From Elsinoe ampelina (taxonomy: Eukaryota), in NCBI GenBank assembly GCA_010093995.1, contig ML992510.1, positions 1,334,326 to 1,383,303 of the forward strand: a stretch of 48,978 nt of DNA, given 5' to 3'. The notes beneath the pieces were generated by a model. The model was not told the DNA's origin and did no database searches. It saw nothing but the letters and a program-made list of their open reading frames with translations. Positions within the stretch are counted from its first letter, which is position 1. Each line of letters opens with the position of its first letter. Made by a program: the position numbers and the translations under genes. Positions 46,301-48,978 of this stretch are shown one piece after another.

Positions 46301-48650
46301 AAGGCAGACTAGTTCCTTTGCTAGAAGAAGATTAGGGCTATCTAGCTTACCTAGGCACTATATTAACTCTATAGGCTAGGTGCTATATTCCGGGGCCTAT
46401 AGAAGAAGGCCCTAAAGGCTATTATTAAGGGAGAGTAGAGGCTTATAGTAATTATAGGCATAGGAAAGGGGAAGAGCTTGTTGTTTATACTACTAGTAAA
46501 GATAGTCCCTAGGGGCCTAATAGTAGTTATTATTCCCCTTATCTCCCTAAAGGATAATCTAAAGAGAAGGTATAATTAGTCTAGCATTAGGAGTGCTAAA
46601 TAGTCTAGTAAGAAGCATGCCTTCTAGGTAGATATTATCTTTGTTGTTCTAGAATTAGCTATCACTAAGGAATTCTAGAGGTTCCTAGAGTCTAGGAAGC
46701 TTATAGGTAAGGTAGATAGGATTATCCTTAACAAGTGTTATATGCTCCTAGACTCTCTTATAGGCTAGAGACTAAAGATGCTAGAGCTAGTAAGCATAGT
46801 AGATAAGGGGATATAGCTAATCTTCCTTATAGCTATAATAAGGCTAAAGGATAAACCTAACTTGCTTACTATTATAAATCTTAGAGAGGAAGATTTAAGA
46901 ATTATAAGGGAAAAGACAAGTAGGAAGAACCTAGAGTATAAGGTATTAGAGTATAATAGATAGGATAAAGTAATAGAAGTTAGGAGAGTAGTTAAGTAGA
47001 AGCTAAGAGAGTATAAGCAAGGGAAGATTATTATCTATGTTAGGGACATTAGGCAGAGTGACCTAATAGCTAATAATCTTAGAGCTAAGGTCTATAATGC
47101 TTAGATTAGGTTAGAGGAAGTTAAGAGAAGAGTACTAAGGAGACTTCGGGAAGGGAAAGAGAAAGTATAGGTCGCTAGTAATACCCTAGGTGTTAGGCTT
47201 AACATACCTAACATTAGGGTAGTTATTTATATATATGTAAGGAGTAAGATAAGGAACTATATCTAGAAAAGTAGCAGGGTAGGCAGGGATAGCTAGAAGA
47301 GTAAGGCTATTATTATAGAAGCTTTAGTAGAGTATAGGAGAGGCAGGATTTAACTAGGAAGGGGCTATATAGAGGCTAAGATAAAGGAGTACCTTAGTAG
47401 GGACTCCTATAGGCGAAAGGTCATTAATAGGGAGATAGATAGCAGGGGCGACAGACTAGGGTATAAGATTAGAGAGCTAAGGTGTAATATATATTAGGGA
47501 GTGTTAGTAGGCCCTAAGAGAAGGAGGATTATAGTGTAGAATTCTAGGGACTACCTAAGTCTAGGCTAGCTTTAGGGACATCGGGAGGAAGTTATATAGA
47601 GTAGAGAGAGTTTATATAGCATATAGGGAGTATAGGACTTAGCGGATATAAAGAGAAAGAAGCAGGAACTATCTAGGAAGATTATAGAGTTATAGAGGCG
47701 AGAGGCAGCCTTTAGAGAGAGAGAGGAAGCCTTAGGGATTGTCAGTGCAGCTCAGGAGGACATTGAAATGTCAGAAGAGGAGCTTGAGGATCAGCCGGAG
47801 TCCCCTAGGCATTCTACTCCCGAGCTGGCTATCTCTATAGAAGGAGGCAACGCTAATAGCACACAGAATAGGAGTCTAGAATTAGGCAAGGGGCCTATAG
47901 TAATCATAAACAGAGTTAGGCTAGACAGTAATAAGGATAACTTAAGTAATAAGTTTAAGAGTTAGGTAAGTATATCTAAGGATCTACTAAACATAACAGA
48001 AACCCTAGAGTACTAGGATTAAGTTTAGTAGAGACATAAGTATGTTCTTAAGGAGAGGAAGAGAATTAAGGGGAGACTAGAGAGTAAGGAGGTCATAGAG
48101 TAGCTAGAGATAAAGCTAAGAGCCTAGAGGTCTAGCTGCCTATTCTATAAGGTTAGGGGCAGGTATAAGTCTTAGAATTACATATAGCCTTTATGTAGTA
48201 GAATGTCTTAGGCAGAGAGGGCTAAGTTCTAGCTTAGTGTTAAAGCATGTAAGAAGATTCTACTAGACAAGTATACCGGGTACTAGTGGTGCTAGATGCC
48301 TAAGGCTAGATGTTAGAGGTACTAAGAAGGAAAGTTAAACAAGGGGGGCTTTAGGATATACAATAAAGTACCTAGGGCTAAGTGTTAGTAGGGGAATCTC
48401 CTAAAAGAGGTCTATATAGTAGTAGTTCTCTTCTGCCTAGTTAGGAGAATAGAGATAGGGAAGGTAGGAGACTAGGAGGTCTAGATTAGATAGAGACATG
48501 TCATTTAGAGATATAGGAATATATAGGAAGAGTTAGTAGAGAGGTAGGCTATTTAGTAATAGATCTAGCTAGGAAAAAAGATAGCTAGGAAGGACATTAA
48601 GATAATAGAGAGTACACTAGTAGTACTAGAAAGCTAGCTAAGACTCTAGT
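43330..48650 (+). pseudogene. RIP-destroyed DUF3505 Zn finger / tyrosine-recombinase-like / RecQ helicase gene (telomere-linked helicase type)
   Basis: Reversing RIP changes gives VIIC.DCKF..SHLKKH (~43370-43445), C.YI...M..HC...H.W (~43620-43690), SPWLE (~44028), LVHLTGGAPARGTE..GIF...GLV.FV.SYHK (45361-45510), S.DWHKFL (~46208), FRG.Q (46388), MG.G.GKSLLF (~46455), DECH (46730), ASNALGVGLD (~47174), QESGR.GRD (~47264), CRR...CD.C (47408-47495). Ends approximate. Confidence 0.88.
45702..46171. other. Assembly gap (N run)
   Basis: Run of N characters. Confidence 1.
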
Positions 48651-48978
48651 TGACTAGGATAGACAGGAAAGGTAGGGATACTAGGATATGTAGTAGGTAG
48701 ACTAGAATAGACAGGAGAGTTAGGAATCCTAGGCTATATTAAAAAGTTAATAAAGAGAGTATTAATCTAATAAATAAAACAATAAATAATAAATTAGTTA
48801 AGAACCTTAGACTTTAAAAATAAGATTATAATAAATAATATATGAATAAAAGAGTAAAAGTATTATTTATTTATTAGAAAGTGTAGAATAAAAAACTAAA
48901 TTATAAAAGATATATATTAAGAATATAGCTTAAAGTAAGTTTATAGAATACTAAGAATTTAAAGAAGCTCTAGAACCT

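Larger units (their letters stand above)
39990..48978. mobile_element. Heavily RIP-mutated repeat block (candidate helicase/recombinase mobile element or subtelomeric repeat)
   Basis: Abrupt switch to TA/TAG/CTA-saturated sequence with almost no ORFs for 9 kb. RIP implies the sequence was duplicated in the genome. Confidence 0.85.

Noticed and set aside
47768..47965. 65-aa ORF as an independent gene
   Set aside because: It is a stop-free remnant within the RIPed helicase gene.
40000..48978. Scattered TTAGGG/CCCTAA hexamers suggesting telomere repeats
   Set aside because: Not arranged in tandem arrays, and RIP generates such words from TCAGGG/TTGGGG-like sequence.
1..48978. Starship captain (DUF3435) gene
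   Set aside because: No such ORF recognised; the only recombinase-like motif is inside the RIPed helicase gene.

Overview
Intron-containing DNA from a filamentous ascomycete (short 45-55 bp GT-AG introns, RIP-type C-to-T/G-to-A damage) that reads as an accessory, repeat-rich or subtelomere-like region. From left to right it holds a decayed LINE 3' fragment, a RIP-inactivated HNH nuclease gene, an intact ~3,080-aa DUF3638/DUF3645-type P-loop protein gene, and a cluster of small spliced genes including an RNase III-fold protein lacking catalytic acids. Next come a near-complete Tad1-like LINE (EN-RT-RNase H) with a mutated RT active site, an AIM9/APH-type phosphotransferase gene, two Tc1/IS630-like transposase relics and several hypothetical genes. 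The right end carries the most interesting system. A non-RIPed DUF3505-type zinc-finger gene with a divergent partner gene is cut off at ~39.99 kb by a ~9 kb heavily RIPed block. Once RIP changes are reversed by eye, that block encodes a second DUF3505 Zn finger, a tyrosine-recombinase-like segment and a RecQ helicase in one gene (telomere-linked helicase type), which suggests a recombinase-plus-helicase mobile element nested in a relative. All family calls come from motif recognition, not database searches. No rRNA, tRNA or CRISPR array was seen.
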